This document shows positions 12,553 through 25,373 of a stretch of 64,000 nt of DNA, one piece after another. Position 1 is the first letter of the stretch. Every line of letters begins with the position of its first letter. The stretch comes from Octopus sinensis (lineage: Eukaryota). The stretch is from positions 83,514,001 to 83,578,000 of the forward strand of contig NC_043000.1 of NCBI RefSeq assembly GCF_006345805.1, given 5' to 3'. Position numbers and translations under genes: made by a program. The notes under the pieces are model-generated. The model ran no database searches. It was not told where the DNA came from and worked only from the letters and a program-made list of their open reading frames with translations.

Positions 12553-13961
12553 TCATCCAACCACACATATGTATATATACACACATACATACAGCACTTA
12601 TACAGTTGAAATATTTTCACACGAATAACAACAACGAACATTCACTGAATAAAAGACTCAGTTCATGTGTAGTTTCTTATATTACAATTTTATTGACAGT
12701 GACTTCGAAGTCTCATCGGATCTTATTTAAACTGTGAAACGGGAAGGCGAGCGACAAATTTTAAGTATCTATCTTGTGCAGTGAGGAAGAAATTTGTTCA
12801 AATGGGAGGGTCTAGTTGCGAGAATGAGAATGGCAATACTGATGGACAGTGGCCAGTATTTAATTTGGGGATGGAAGTTTGTCTTGTGGAGATGTGTTAG
12901 GGGATGCAATTAACGTTAAAAAAGAGATAGTATAGTTACTAATCTGTCACCAAACCAATAGATTATCTTCAGACCATTCCAATCATCAAACCTATTGAAT
13001 TTTAGTATCCAACAGAAAATCTCTCCTCTTCTACATTAATGCCCCATCATCATCATCGTTTTAACGTTCACTTTTCCATGTTTGCATAAGTGTGACAGAA
13101 TTCATTGAGGCGGATTTTCTGTGGTTGGATACCCTTTCTGTTGCCAATCCTCATCTGTTTCCAAGTAAGTTAATATTTCCCCATTGCTGATCTGTTTTCT
13201 TGGAAGATATAAAACAAAGACACCACTTATATGACGGTGGCGCTCGTTTACAGCCACTGTACGTTCTCAAAGCAAAATGACTGACACAAATACACACACA
13301 CACACACGACTGGCTTGTTTCACTTTATATGTACCAAATCCGCACACAAAGGTTGGACTGAGCCCCAAATTATGTAGTTAGGAAGCAAATTTTTTAAAAG
13401 ACCACAGAGCCTTGCCTGCTCCACCTGGATATTAAAAATAAAATAAAAACAAAACACTAAACCCTTTAATGTAGCTAAGGATTCTATGTAAGTTTGCTAC
13501 ATTGGTGGACTCTGTGCTCTTAATCCTTAATCATTTTTTTTATAACCCACAGATTTTCTACTGCTGTTGAGGAAAAAGATTGTTAAATTTGTTGGCGTTA
13601 CTTTTAAATGAATTACTCTTTGTAGATGCAGTCCTCTAACCTAATAGATTGTGATGAACTATCCAACCCATGCCTTAATGGAAGACGGATGTTAAATGAT
13701 GATACGATGATGGCATCATCTGCCTCCCCCCAAAACTACAGTATATTTACAAGCCTTCCAATCTCCCTCAAAACATTAATTAACCCCCAGTAAAATACTG
13801 TGGAAATCTTTATCCTTAACTGTAGAAAGCTGTTCAATATATGATTCTGTCTTTTGTTGAAGAATGTCATATTTGAAATTGTTTTTGTTGAGATATGTCA
13901 AGTTTATTAAAACAATGTGATTTGCAGAAAATGCCAGTTCTTTTTTTTGCTTGTTGTTTAA

Positions 13962-15341
13962 CCCTTTGATACCAACCCGCCTGGAACTGCCTCTGGCTCT
14001 GTAGTACAAATGTCTTGTTTTCAAAAGTTCTGAATTAAAATCTTCCACCAAACCTTAGTCACAATTTATGTTCCTAATACTAGCTTAATGATAAACTAAA
14101 TTATTTTACTAATTCATCATCATCATCGTTTAACGTCCATTTTCCATGCTAGCATGGGCTGGACTGTTCGACTGGGGCCTGGGAAGCCAGGAGGCTGCAC
14201 CAGGCTCCAGTCTGATCTGGCAGTGTTTCTACAGCTTGATGCTCTTCCTAATGCCAACCACTCCATGAGTGTAGTGGGTGCTTTTTATGTGCTACCGGCA
14301 CAGCGGCCAGACCATGGTCGGTTGGTGCTTTTTACATATCACCAACACGGACGCCAGTCAGGGGGCGCTGGCATCAGTCACATTTGGATGTGCCACCGGC
14401 ATGGGTATCATAACTACAATTTCCATTTGATTTTTATTTTGATGTTGATGTTGACGTACTTGACTCAATAGGTCTCCTCAAGCACAGTGGGTCACTCTAT
14501 GATCCAAGGTTAGCACAGCAGGGTCTCCTGCGAGCCATGAACTCACTTTATTTGTCGGGTCTTCATAGTCACACCATATCTCAGAGATCTCGGTTTTTCG
14601 TCATTTCCTCTGAGACCCAACGTTCCATCGGCATGGGTATCACAACTACAATATCTATTTGATTTTTATTTTGATGTTGATGTACTTGACTCAATAGGTC
14701 TCCTCAAGCACAGCAGGTCACCCTACGATCCAAGGTTAGCACAGCAGGCCGTCCTGCGAGCCATGAACTCACTTCATTTGTCCAGTCTTCGCAGTCACAG
14801 CATATCTCCAGAGGTTTCAGTCTTTCGTCCTAGCCTCTGTGAGGCCCAACGTTTGAAGGTCATGCTTGACCACTTCATCCTATGTCTTCCTGGGTCTACC
14901 TCTACCCAGGATTCCTTCAACAGTTTGGGAGTGGCACTTCTCCACACATCTCTCCTCATCCATCCATAGTACATGATCATACCAACGCAAACGTCTCTCC
15001 TGCATGCCATATCCGATGCTTCTTATGTCCAACATTTCTCTCAGGGCACTTACACTCTGTTGTGCATGGACACTGACATTACACATCCAGCGGATCATGC
15101 TAGCTTCATTTCTTTCGAGCCTACACATGTCCTCCGAAGTCACAGCCCATGTTTCACTGCTGTGAAGCATGGCAATTTGCACACATGCGTCATACAATCT
15201 ACCTTTCACTCTGAGTGAGAGACCTTTTGTTGCCAGTAGGGGAAGAAACTTTCTAAACTTTGCCCAGACTATTTTTTGTTATATTTAAAATTAATTGAAA
15301 GAAACACAGAGTATCTCAACAGAAATATGGTAACAAAAGGG
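13962..15341 (+). mobile_element. piggyBac MITE (family A) interrupted by an antisense RTE LINE
   Basis: TTAA|CCCTTTGATACC at the left and GTAACAAAAGGG|TTAA at the right; the internal MITE sequence stops at ~14114 and resumes at ~15268. Confidence 0.75.
14115..15267 (-). mobile_element. 5'-truncated RTE LINE: ORF2 C-terminus + full 3'UTR + (GAT)n tail
   Basis: MKGRLYDACVQIAMLHSSETW...RLERNEASMIRWMC...RRLRWYDHVLWMD...GRGRPRKT, continuous with the abundant GGTGGCACGTAAAAAGCACC / CCACTACACTC-GAGTGG / GGACGTTAAACGATGATGATG repeat. Confidence 0.85.
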
Positions 15342-16299
15342 TTAACAAACATTATTACTGGAGTAACAATGAAATCTAATTTTGCAGTTAAAGAGTTAAT
15401 AATCTACTCAAGATCATTTTATCAAGGCCATCCTCATTATCTTCAATTAAACCAGGATTTAATGAAACTTCTCTGCAATGCAACAGAAGCTCGGTGAAGT
15501 GGTTTTAATAAGGGAACAACACATATCCATGATACACCTTAACATTTTAATACTACTTGACCCTTTAACAAGGGAGAAGCATATATATCCCAATTATGTA
15601 TATGAGAGGATAGATCTGGTCAGTTTTAACATAAAACAATATTTGGGCCACATATGGCTGGTTTAAATGGCAAAAGGTTAAAAAAAACTGTTCCACAAAA
15701 TGACATCAATTTTCTTTTAGTATCTATTACCAAATATTTGGGTAACCCTTGACTTATTTTTTTTATTTCACTTCTTTTTGTTTTTGGAATGGAATGTGGT
15801 TTACAGTAAAATTTCAGTCCTTTGTAGAGTTCATTCATCCAGGGAAATTGGGCATCTTTCAAGAAATTGTCATGGCTCAAAGGAATTTTATTTTGATTTG
15901 TACAACTTAACAATTTGTTGAATCTCTCTAACAGCTGGTAACATCAGTTCTTCACTAATACAATATGTTTTTTCTGGATTTAGCAATCATCATCATCACC
16001 ATCTTTTTAATGTTTACCTTTTCATGCTTGCATAGGTTGGACTGAATTTATTGAGGTAGATTTTCTATGGCTGGATGCCTTTTCTGTTTCCAACCCCCAC
16101 CCTGTTTCCAAAGGGAGATAGCATTTTACCATGACCTGACATGTTCTGGCAGAATATTGGAAATAAATATTGGACACCATTTGTATAATAGTGACAATTA
16201 TTTACAACTATCATGCAATGTCAAGACAAGGAAGCACAAACATACATACACATATCCATGCACACACATGCATGCATGCTTTCACACACACACACACAC

Positions 16300-17190
16300 A
16301 CCATCATCATCATCATCATTTAACATTCGTTTTCTATGCTGGCATGGGTTGGACAGTTTGACTGGAGCCAGTAAGGCCTGGGGCTGCACCAGGCTCCATT
16401 GTGTGTTCTGACATGGTTTCTATGGCTGGATGCCCTTTCTAATGCCAACCACTCCCAGAATGTTTGGATGCTTTTTATGTGACACCAGCACAAGTGGTTT
16501 TTTTTATGTGGCACCAGCACTGGTATCAATTTTGTTGTGTTGGATGGATCTTCTTGAGTACAGCAAGGTATCAGATATCATGGTATATGTGTGTGTGTGT
16601 ATATATATATATATATCATTATCATCATCATCATCATCATCGTTTTACGTCCGTTTTCCATGCTAGCATGGGCTGGACGGTTTGACTGGAGATTGGCAAG
16701 CCAGGAGTCCGCACAGGGCTCTACTCTGATCTGGTAATGTTTCTGCAGCCAGATGCCCTTTCTAACACCAACCATTCCGAGAGTGTAGTGGGTGCTTTTT
16801 ACATGCCACCACCATGGGAGCCAGTCAGGCGGCACTGGTATCAGCCACATTTGGATGGTGCTTTTTACGTGTCACTGGCATGGGGAGCCAGTCAGGTGGC
16901 TCTGGTAGCGACCCATGCATGAATAAATGGTGCTTGTCACGTGCCACCAGCACTGATAATGGCCACAACTACAATTTCCATTCAATTGTGATTTGATTTG
17001 ATTTTGATTTACTTGACTCAATAGGCCTCCTCAAGCATGGAATGTTGCCTGATGAATCAAAGGTGCTTTTTAAATGGGCTGTTCATGCAACACTGGTGTA
17101 GGCTACAGCTGTTATCTCACTTTCCTTGCTGGGTCTTCTCAATCACAGCATATCTCCAGAGGTCTCGGCCTTTCATCATTGCCTCTCTCT
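16300..17190 (-). mobile_element. Two antisense copies of the RTE 3'UTR repeat
   Basis: (CAT)n-CGTTTTACGTCC...CATGCTAGCATGGG signature at ~16300 and ~16620; the second extends to the ORF2 end (DLWRYAVIEKTQQGK). Confidence 0.75.
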
Positions 17191-17210
17191 CTCTCTCTCT
17201 CTCTCTCTCC

Positions 17211-17253
<43 letters not shown>

Positions 17254-18039
17254 TTACTATGCTACATATGCCAGGTTGTATCAGTTTTTTTGTGTTTTCC
17301 TTGAATAACATCTGTGGCATGGAGACTGGTATGCATGGATAACTGTTGGTCTTCAACAAACAACCTTGCCTGGACTTGTGCCTCAAAGGGGAAATTTCTA
17401 GGTGCAATCCCAAGGTCATTTATGTATACTCACACTCACACACTACAGGCTTCTTTCAGTTTCCAGCTACCAAATCCATTCAAAACGCTTCGGTTGGCTC
17501 AGGGCTATAGTAGAAGACATTCGCCCAAGGTGCCATGCAGTTGGACTGAACCCAGAACCATGTGGCTACGAAACACAAACTTCTTAACCACTCAACCATA
17601 CCAGCATCTCTAGTAATCAGTAATACAATTTTGTAAGAGGCATGTGACATGTTTTCTTGCATTAATGCCACTCTAAATATACTTGACAACATTGGCTGTT
17701 GCAAAACTAGTATCAGATTGCTTTGAAATAGATAAGTCTTTAGTTTGTCAGTTAGAGTTTTTCAAGTGCTTTTCTAATCTTGAAGGCTTCATAGGTTCAG
17801 TGGAAATAGTCCTTGGTAAATCAGGCACATTAATGATGGAATGTTTGTTGGAGACAGAATTATTTTTCTACTGTTGGTTAGTGGTGGAAGGTAGCAGCCA
17901 TAACTATTTAATTCTGATTGAGAATAACATTTTCCTTTGCCCATACTAGCCTTGGAGGTTCTGATAAATTAAAAGGTTACGTGTGCTGCATTTCCCTCCC
18001 TAACAGTAAATATATATATATATATAGGCGCATGGCTCA

Positions 18040-18378
18040 TGAAGGCACATGGCTCAGTGGTTAGAGCATCGAGCTTACGATCGCGAGGTTGTGAGCTCGA
18101 ATCCCGGACCGGGCTGCATGTTGTGTTCTTGAGCAAGGCACTTTATTTCACGTTGCTCCAGTTCACTCAGCTGTAGAAATGAGTTGCGACGTCACAGGTG
18201 CCAAGCTGTATCGGCCCTTGCCTTTCCCTTGGACAACATCGGTGACGTGGAGAGGGGAGGCCGGTATGCATGGGCGACTGCTGGTCTTCCATAAACAACC
18301 TTGCCCAGACTTGTGTCTAGGAGGGTAACTTTCTAGGTGCAATCCCATGGTCATTCATGACCGAAGGGGGTCTTTACC

Positions 18379-18382
<4 letters not shown>
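18040..18382 (+). mobile_element. tRNA-derived SINE (GTGTTCTTGAGCAAGGCACTT...CCAGTTCACTCAGCTG domain)
   Basis: A/B-box head (TGGCTCAGTGG / CTCGAATCCC), Deu/Meta-like central motif; tail also seen at ~17290-17420 and ~38070-38280. Confidence 0.7.
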
Positions 18383-18416
<34 letters not shown>

Positions 18417-18425
18417 AATAATATA

Positions 18426-18563
18426 GGCACAGGAGTGGCTGTGTGGTAAGTAGCTTGCTTACCAACACATGGTTCCGGGTTCAAGTGTCTTCTACTATAG
18501 CCTCAGGCTGACCAAAGCCTTGTGAGTGGATTTGGTAGACGGAAACTGAAAAGAAGCCTGTCG

Positions 18564-18598
<35 letters not shown>

Positions 18599-18793
18599 GT
18601 GTGTGTGTGTTTGTCTCTCTATCGATTGACAACCTATGCTGGTGAGTTTACGTCCCCATAACTTAGTGGTTCAGCAAAAGAGACCGATAGAATGAGTACT
18701 AGGCTTACAAAGAATAAGTCCTGGGATCGATTTGCTCGACTAAAGGTGGTGCTCCAGCATGGCTGCAGTCAAATGACTGAAACAAGTAAAAGA
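18426..18793 (+). mobile_element. tRNA-derived CORE-like SINE, uninterrupted copy (most abundant SINE in window)
   Basis: GGCACAGGAGTGGCTGTGTGGTAAG head, internal (TA)n/(TG)n, 3' end GCTCCAGCATGGCTGCAGTCAAATGACTGAAACAAGTAAAAGA; many partial copies elsewhere. Confidence 0.75.
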
Positions 18794-18817
18794 ATATATA
18801 TATATATATATATATAT

Positions 18818-19064
18818 GAAAACGAGATGACAAAGGAATAAACGATTATTGTATGCACTTCATTAGTTTACAGCTGTTTTTGCTATAAGATGCAGTGTAC
18901 TCAGAGTTGAGTGCCTGAATAACACCTTATAACTTCATCAGAGCTTTGAATGGCACTTCATATTTAGGCACTCAGCTATAAGCCCACTGCATCTTATAGC
19001 AGAAACAGCTGTAAGCTAGTGAAGTTCACAATATAATCATTTATTCCTTTGTCATCTCATTTTC
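18818..19064. repeat. Fold-back repeat (~95-bp arms) containing a degenerate hammerhead core; Penelope-type
   Basis: GAAAACGAGATGACAAAGGAATAA... versus ...TTATTCCTTTGTCATCTCATTTTC; minus strand reads AGCT-CTGATGA-...-AAAA-CAGCTG-TA. Confidence 0.7.
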
Positions 19065-20939
19065 TTATTATCACTCTATACTGGTCTAATACTGTGTTCT
19101 GAAGCATATGTATATTGAGTTCTACAATTGGTTATTCATCTCAAAATGCCTAAGCGAAATATATATGTATATATGCTGAGTGGCAGTCGCTGAATGATAT
19201 CCAAGAGATTGGAAAAAACTACTTGTAAGGCTTCCATGACAATGGGAAGATGGTTTAGTTAAGCAATTTGGGTTAAGATGGAAAAGAATGGCATAATCAA
19301 AACATAATTGGAAGTGCATTGTGACCAGCAGTGTGTAACAACATTTGACAGTCTACTCAATACAGTGTTTTTTTATATATATAGGCACAGACATGGCTGT
19401 GTGGTAAGAAGCTTTAGGCACAGATATAGCTGTGTGGTATGAAGCTTGCTTCCCAATCACATGGTTCCAGCTTCAGTTCTACTGTGTGGCACATTGGGCA
19501 TGTGTCTTCTTCTATAGCCTTTGGCTGACCAAAAGAAAAATCTAAAAATTCTTCAAAGCAGTGCTCAGCATTTCCACAGTTAAATGACTTAAATGAGTAA
19601 AAGGTAATATATATATATATATTGTCATTCATAACCACAGTCCCAATGCAAGGCACCTTGGGCAAGTGTTTTCTTCTTTGGCCCCAAGCTGACTAAAGCC
19701 TTGTGAGTGAGTTGTGTACATGGAAACTGGTGGGGAGGAAGCTGTTGGGTATGTGTGTATATATATCAGGGGATCCAGGATTTTTTTGGGGTTGTTGCTC
19801 AAAAGTTTCGTAAAAATACTATATAAGGTGGGAATCACAATTTGTTACAAATAGACCCCTAGACTGAACATGTTTTCAAGATGATTAAAAACAAATGACA
19901 TGTTTATTTGCATTTAGGAAACAATGTCAAGAGAAAGACATTCATATGCAATATACTGTGGCAGATGCAAGGATGTTGCCCTTGTTGCCCAGCTGAGCCA
20001 ACACCAAAAAAAATTGGGACCAAGTTTTATTTCCAGCAGTTTCACAGCATTATTGTTTCATATGCATATGGTCTATGCAGTTTAGGGGGAAATAATTCTT
20101 TGCCTAGAAATAGGTGAGACTGGTGACAGGAAGTGTGTCTAGTTGTAGAGAATCTTCTTCAATGAATTTTATCCAGCACATGCAAGCAGGAACGATGCAA
20201 GCAGCTGTTTCATAAATCCCTGTGCAGTTGCTTGCAAGGCAGCTCACTTTCTGTCTCTCTCTTTCTGCCATCTTCTATGCCACTTAAGTGATGGATTTTA
20301 CTAATCCTGTTACTCTTAACATAGAGTGGTTTCACTGTTTCCTTCTCTTCCACTTCTAAACTCTCACTCACTACACTGATGATAATGGTTGTCATTGTTT
20401 GGGAGCAATGATTGGCTGTTGCTTCCAAGGTGTAGTTAACATCCTTTTCAAACTGTCATCACTCTTCCTGCTTGTTAGATTGCAACCAGTTTACCTCATG
20501 ATGTTCTGTTACTTTGTATAGTTTGGAGCCTGGAGGTCTCAAAAACTAGGTTGACTCTGGGCCTGGCTCCTTTTTCCATCTAAGATTGGTTCCTGTGCAT
20601 TATAGCACTTGTGTCATCTCCATGCATTTTATGAATATTTATAAAATGAATATTCAGGCCTTGTGGGTTCTTGAAAACCTCCTCGCAATTATATTCTGTA
20701 TCTATTATTGATATTCGGCATTATCAGTTGCCCTGTCCAATTGGGATTCTTATTATGTCCTCCTCACTGCCATCATTACACACACACACACATAATGTCA
20801 TGTTTTATGCATCATGTCAAGTGCTCTTGGACCCCTTAACTAGTCTTTTCCACACTTCCCTGTTCTTCATCATCTTTTCAACCTTCTTAATGTTTTGGTG
20901 TACATTCCACTTACTTCACTTTTTATTACTTTTGTAAGT

Positions 20940-21600
20940 GTCCAGTATTCAAATCTATACACCAATATGCTTTCTCGTGCAGCTCTAGAGAATTGTATTT
21001 TCAGGTCATTTGATAGATTTGACTCACATATTGCAAGACATCTTGTTCATTGCTAAAAATTTCAATTCAGTTCTTACTTTATCATCTTTCTGAGTTTTCT
21101 AGTCACAACCCCAGTTTTCTGTCATTTACACATTCCAAAATTGCATCCTTTGACAATATAATGTGTTCTTTTGGTTGATTGAAAACCGTAAACCCAGTCT
21201 TATTGTTATTGATGTGTTGTTCTATCTATTTTGAAACTTCCTCAACCTGTTGTAGTTGAGATTCTTTAATAGTATCAGTTGAGATTCTTTAATAGTATCA
21301 TAACTAAGAACTATATCATCTGTATAAATTGTATCAGTAATAATAGCTGCAAAAATGATGTCTGCTCTCTCTTTTTTTTTTCCGAGATATTATTCAGGAA
21401 TTCATTTTCTTTCTGCATTTGATGTTGGATTTCATAATGAGAAGTCTAAGGGAAAGTGCAAGAGTGTCACCTTGTAGTACTCCTGCTAGGATCTGAAAGA
21501 AATCTGTATTCCAGGAGATAAAATCTGAGTGATAGTATTATTGTAGAGACTGTTGATGAGTCATGTTATAATGTCTGTTTGGGTTGGAAACCCTTCCTAA
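20940..21600 (-). mobile_element. Old non-LTR (RTE-like) RT relic
   Basis: ILAGVLQGDTLA, IYTDDIVL, NLSNDLKIQF...ESILVYRFEYWTLTK on the minus strand; heavily frameshifted. Confidence 0.65.
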
Positions 21601-22319
21601 CATTAGCCACATGGTGCAGCCATTAATAAGACTAAGATCCCCTTTCAAGACGAAGACCTCCTTCAGCTGAGTGGGGCAACAGATGAGTGGGTGGTGACTT
21701 TATGTTTATGCTAGGACATGAAAAATTAAATGATGAAAGACATGACCAGAATAAATAAGGTTTCTTGTTGTAAGGGAATTACGTCGCTACATACATTATA
21801 GAAGTGTAGATGGTAGTAATTGAGTTAGAGCTGGAAAAAGAGATAAAATAGTGGTGATGACATGTCAAGGTGGACCTTGAAGGTACAAGAAAGTAAATAG
21901 AGGTGAGTAGAGATAGATGATCTGGGAGTGTAGTTGGGTAGGGGTTGCAAGATGGTATGACAATAGTGAAGAATGGTTAGTGATGGGGACAGTGAGGAGA
22001 CAGATATGATGAGTGAAAGTCAGAAGTTGAGGGTTGACCAATAATAAATATGTAGGAGGGAAGATAACGAAAAGTAATGTTTATAGAAATTGGGTTGAGG
22101 GAATGGATATAGTGAATGGCAGACAAGAGTGGAGGCATAATTGATGATGCATATGAGTCAGGTAGAATGTAAGTGAGAGTAGGTGAAAATTGACAGTGCA
22201 GAAAGTGTTGAAGAGCAGCAGGATAGTAGTAGTAGTAGTAGTAGTAATAACAATTAGAAAGGCACTGGAAAATTTCTTTAGATTTAAAAAAAAATTTAGG
22301 ACTAAACATTACTATGGGA

Positions 22320-23430
22320 CAAGATTATCATAGAGTAAATTTTTCTTGACTTTACCTTCTATCTTGATACTGGATTATTTGAACCATTTTATAAGCCAAA
22401 TGATCATATTAAGTACATAAATGTAGCATCCAACCTTTCACTCTCGATAATATGGGGATTAGTTAAGAATATTTCTACAAGAATTTCTAGATTATCCCCT
22501 AATAATAAAATTTTCGAATCACATGCAACTTATTATAATACTGCTTTAGCTAGGGTTGGGTACTGTGAAAAAATTCAATATATAGAAGAAGCAGGCATAC
22601 ACTACAACAGTAATTCCTCCAATTGTAATACATATTGTACACCATCACAATGTCACGGTTGAGAACTCACTCAGATAGAGAATACAGGCCAGGAAGAATT
22701 GGTCAAGAGAATGAACTATCAGCAAAAACTCATAGACGCATGCGACATAATAACCCAACTGCTTGTAACACTGTAAATTGTTCCAATCCTGTACAACATA
22801 CTCAATCAAATAAGCCTAACAACAGATATAGGAATCAGATTCAACCCGATTTTTGGTTGGCATGTTTCAACCAAGATTGGTGGAAAATTTTTTGCCACTT
22901 TGGACAAATGTTTCCCTAATTCTAATCAGTAATATGCTAGTTTTAATCAGCACACTGTGAAGGTATCCTACATTGACTCTGCTAATTTAGAGCAGCTTAT
23001 GCATCACATAAACAAGAGTAAAATGTGACAAAGGTTCAATAACCCACCTACTGGATCTAGCAAACATGTGCATTTAATTATGAACAAAGGAGATGTAAAC
23101 CGCAATGAAAAACATCAATTACGGCCAAATTGTAGTAGTAGAAATGCTTATGATAGAGCTAACACAATAACAACATCTGAAAATATTGCTGGAACTGCCT
23201 TATATACAAATAAATATGATAAATGCTCATGTTTACATTGGGCAGACAGCTGATTCATTTAAGAATCGTTATCATAACCATGTCTTCAGTTTTAAGACAA
23301 TCAATAAGAGACATTCAGCATCTTTTAGATGATTTTGTATGGCGATTAAAGGAGAATAAAATTAAGTAAAATTGGTCCATAGCAAGGCATGCAAAACCAT
23401 ACAATATCATTTCCAGGAGATGCCGTCTCT
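22320..23430 (+). mobile_element. Penelope-like element relic (RT thumb + GIY-YIG endonuclease)
   Basis: FLDFTFYLDTGLFEPFYKPNDHIKYINVASN; FNPIF...TKIGGKFF...KCFP...FNQHTVKVSY; YIGQTADSFKNRYHNHVFSF...WRLKEN (read across frameshifts). Confidence 0.7.
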
Positions 23431-24501
23431 GCTCCGAGGAATCCTTGTCTATTCTGTGGACTAGTGAGAAGACCATTAATAGAATTTCTGAAAGACTCTC
23501 AATATGCCTACATGCATGTGTACTTTTGCACAATGCAGTGGGAATGAATTAGTGTAACTGTTAGCATAATTTACTTTAAGGTATGGATGAATTAAGTTTA
23601 CTTTTAACTTCCCCATCATCATCATCATCATCTTTTAACATCCACTTTCCATGCTGGCATGGGTTGGATGGTTTGACTGCAGACTGCCAAGCTAGGTGGC
23701 TGCACCAGTGACACGTAAAAAGCACCATCCAATCTGATCTGACAAGGTTTCTACAGTTGGATGCCCTTTCTAACGCCAACCACTCCAAGAGTGTAGTGGG
23801 TGCTTTTTACGTGCCACCAGCATGGGCCAGTCAGGTGGTACTAGCATTGATCACACTTGAATGGTGCTTTTTATGTGTCACCGGCATGGGAGCCAGTCAG
23901 GCGCCCCATTCTTATAAACACCAAGTAGATGTTTAACTCACTTTGTGATCGTGAGTACACCAAATCATACACGTGCTTATGCTTACATTTTCATGGATGC
24001 TTGTTTGAACAAGTGTACACACACCATGCAGCTTGTGTGAGGTCGTTTTTACATCCACATTTGTTAACAATTATTTTTAATATTTTTCTTGCTATACTGT
24101 GTGTTTGTTTCGTTTTTGCATCGGTAATTTTATTTTTGTTCTATGTAAATGAAAATATTTCCTTTGTTTTGCTGCTTTTCTTTCTACAAAATGAGAAGAT
24201 ATATTGCGGAACTGTTATTTTAATTAGTTGTGTCTGTTTATCACCCGATGAGGCATATTTGCACTGCCAGATGCTCCTGAACCAGTTGTTGAGTGTCCCA
24301 CCCATGGGGGATCGATACTTGATGTGTTGAAACAATTGTTGTGATTAATAATAAATTCTCGTATATTCTATCTTCTGTCTTTCCTTTACTATATACATAA
24401 CAATCACTGTGAAAATGACTGTGCTCTACCAGTAAGCTACCAGGTGTAAATCATTTGTTTTATTATCCAATAATATATATGTGTGTGTGTGTATGTATAT
24501 A

Positions 24502-24551
24502 CAGTAGTGCCTCGGTTATCAAACAACTCTGATCACGAATAAATTGTGCTT

Positions 24552-24604
<53 letters not shown>

Positions 24605-24840
24605 TACTAGCAGCTAAGCCCAGTTTCACCTGGTTGGATTGGATGATGTAGCTGTAAAACCTGCTCTGCGTAAGCATTCAACTTGTTTGGGCATACTTAC
24701 AATGAAAAATCAATTTTAGAAGGACTTTTTTCTGTCAAAATGCTAAAAATAACTGACCAACAACAAAACAAAAGTAAAACAAAAAAAAACAAAAAAATAA
24801 GTCCAAATATTAAGCGAATAAAGATGAACCATCCCACTTC

Positions 24841-24878
<38 letters not shown>

Positions 24879-25373
24879 TCACATACTCCACTTTTACATA
24901 CACATATATTTACACACAGTTGAAATGCTGTTTGATTTATTTTTTTCTGCATACAATTTTCATCATCCCACTACCAAGTATGACATCACCCCTTCCTTTC
25001 TCATTCATAAACACAAGAGTATTATTATAGTAGATTATCTCGGTAACCATGGGAGCTATGAAAAAAATACAAAGTCCAGCAACACAACTGGATCATTCTA
25101 CACATCTGTGTAATTTTTCATGCAATTTCACCCAGCCATTTACTGTGAATCCCAAGACAAGAAAGAATCACCCACGTCAAATTTATATATAAAAAGAACG
25201 CATGATTTATTTGTGATATATATATATATATATATATATATAGAGCACAATTTATTCGTGATCAGAGGCATTTGTATACTGAGGTACTACTGTATTAAAT
25301 GAATATAACAAAGACAGGAGATAAAGCATGTCTTATTCGTGATCAGAGTTGTTTGAAAACCAAGGTGCTACTG
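24502..25373. mobile_element. pogo/Tigger-like MITE with two right-hand TIR copies, hosting a Helentron-like insert
   Basis: TA|CAGTAGTGCCTCGGTTATCAAACAACTCTGATCACGAATAA at the left; inverted copies end at 25292 and 25373, each followed by TA. Confidence 0.7.
24606..25035 (+). mobile_element. Non-autonomous Helentron/HINE (DINE-1-like) element
   Basis: Starts ACTAGCAGCTAAGCCCAGTTTCACC, has an internal (CA)n, ends TTATAGTAGAT. Confidence 0.55.

Noticed and set aside
21625-21680. Hammerhead-like string on the minus strand (CTGAAGGAGG...GAAAGGGG)
   Set aside because: A9 is missing, helix III is not palindromic, and there is no NUH with a matching helix I.
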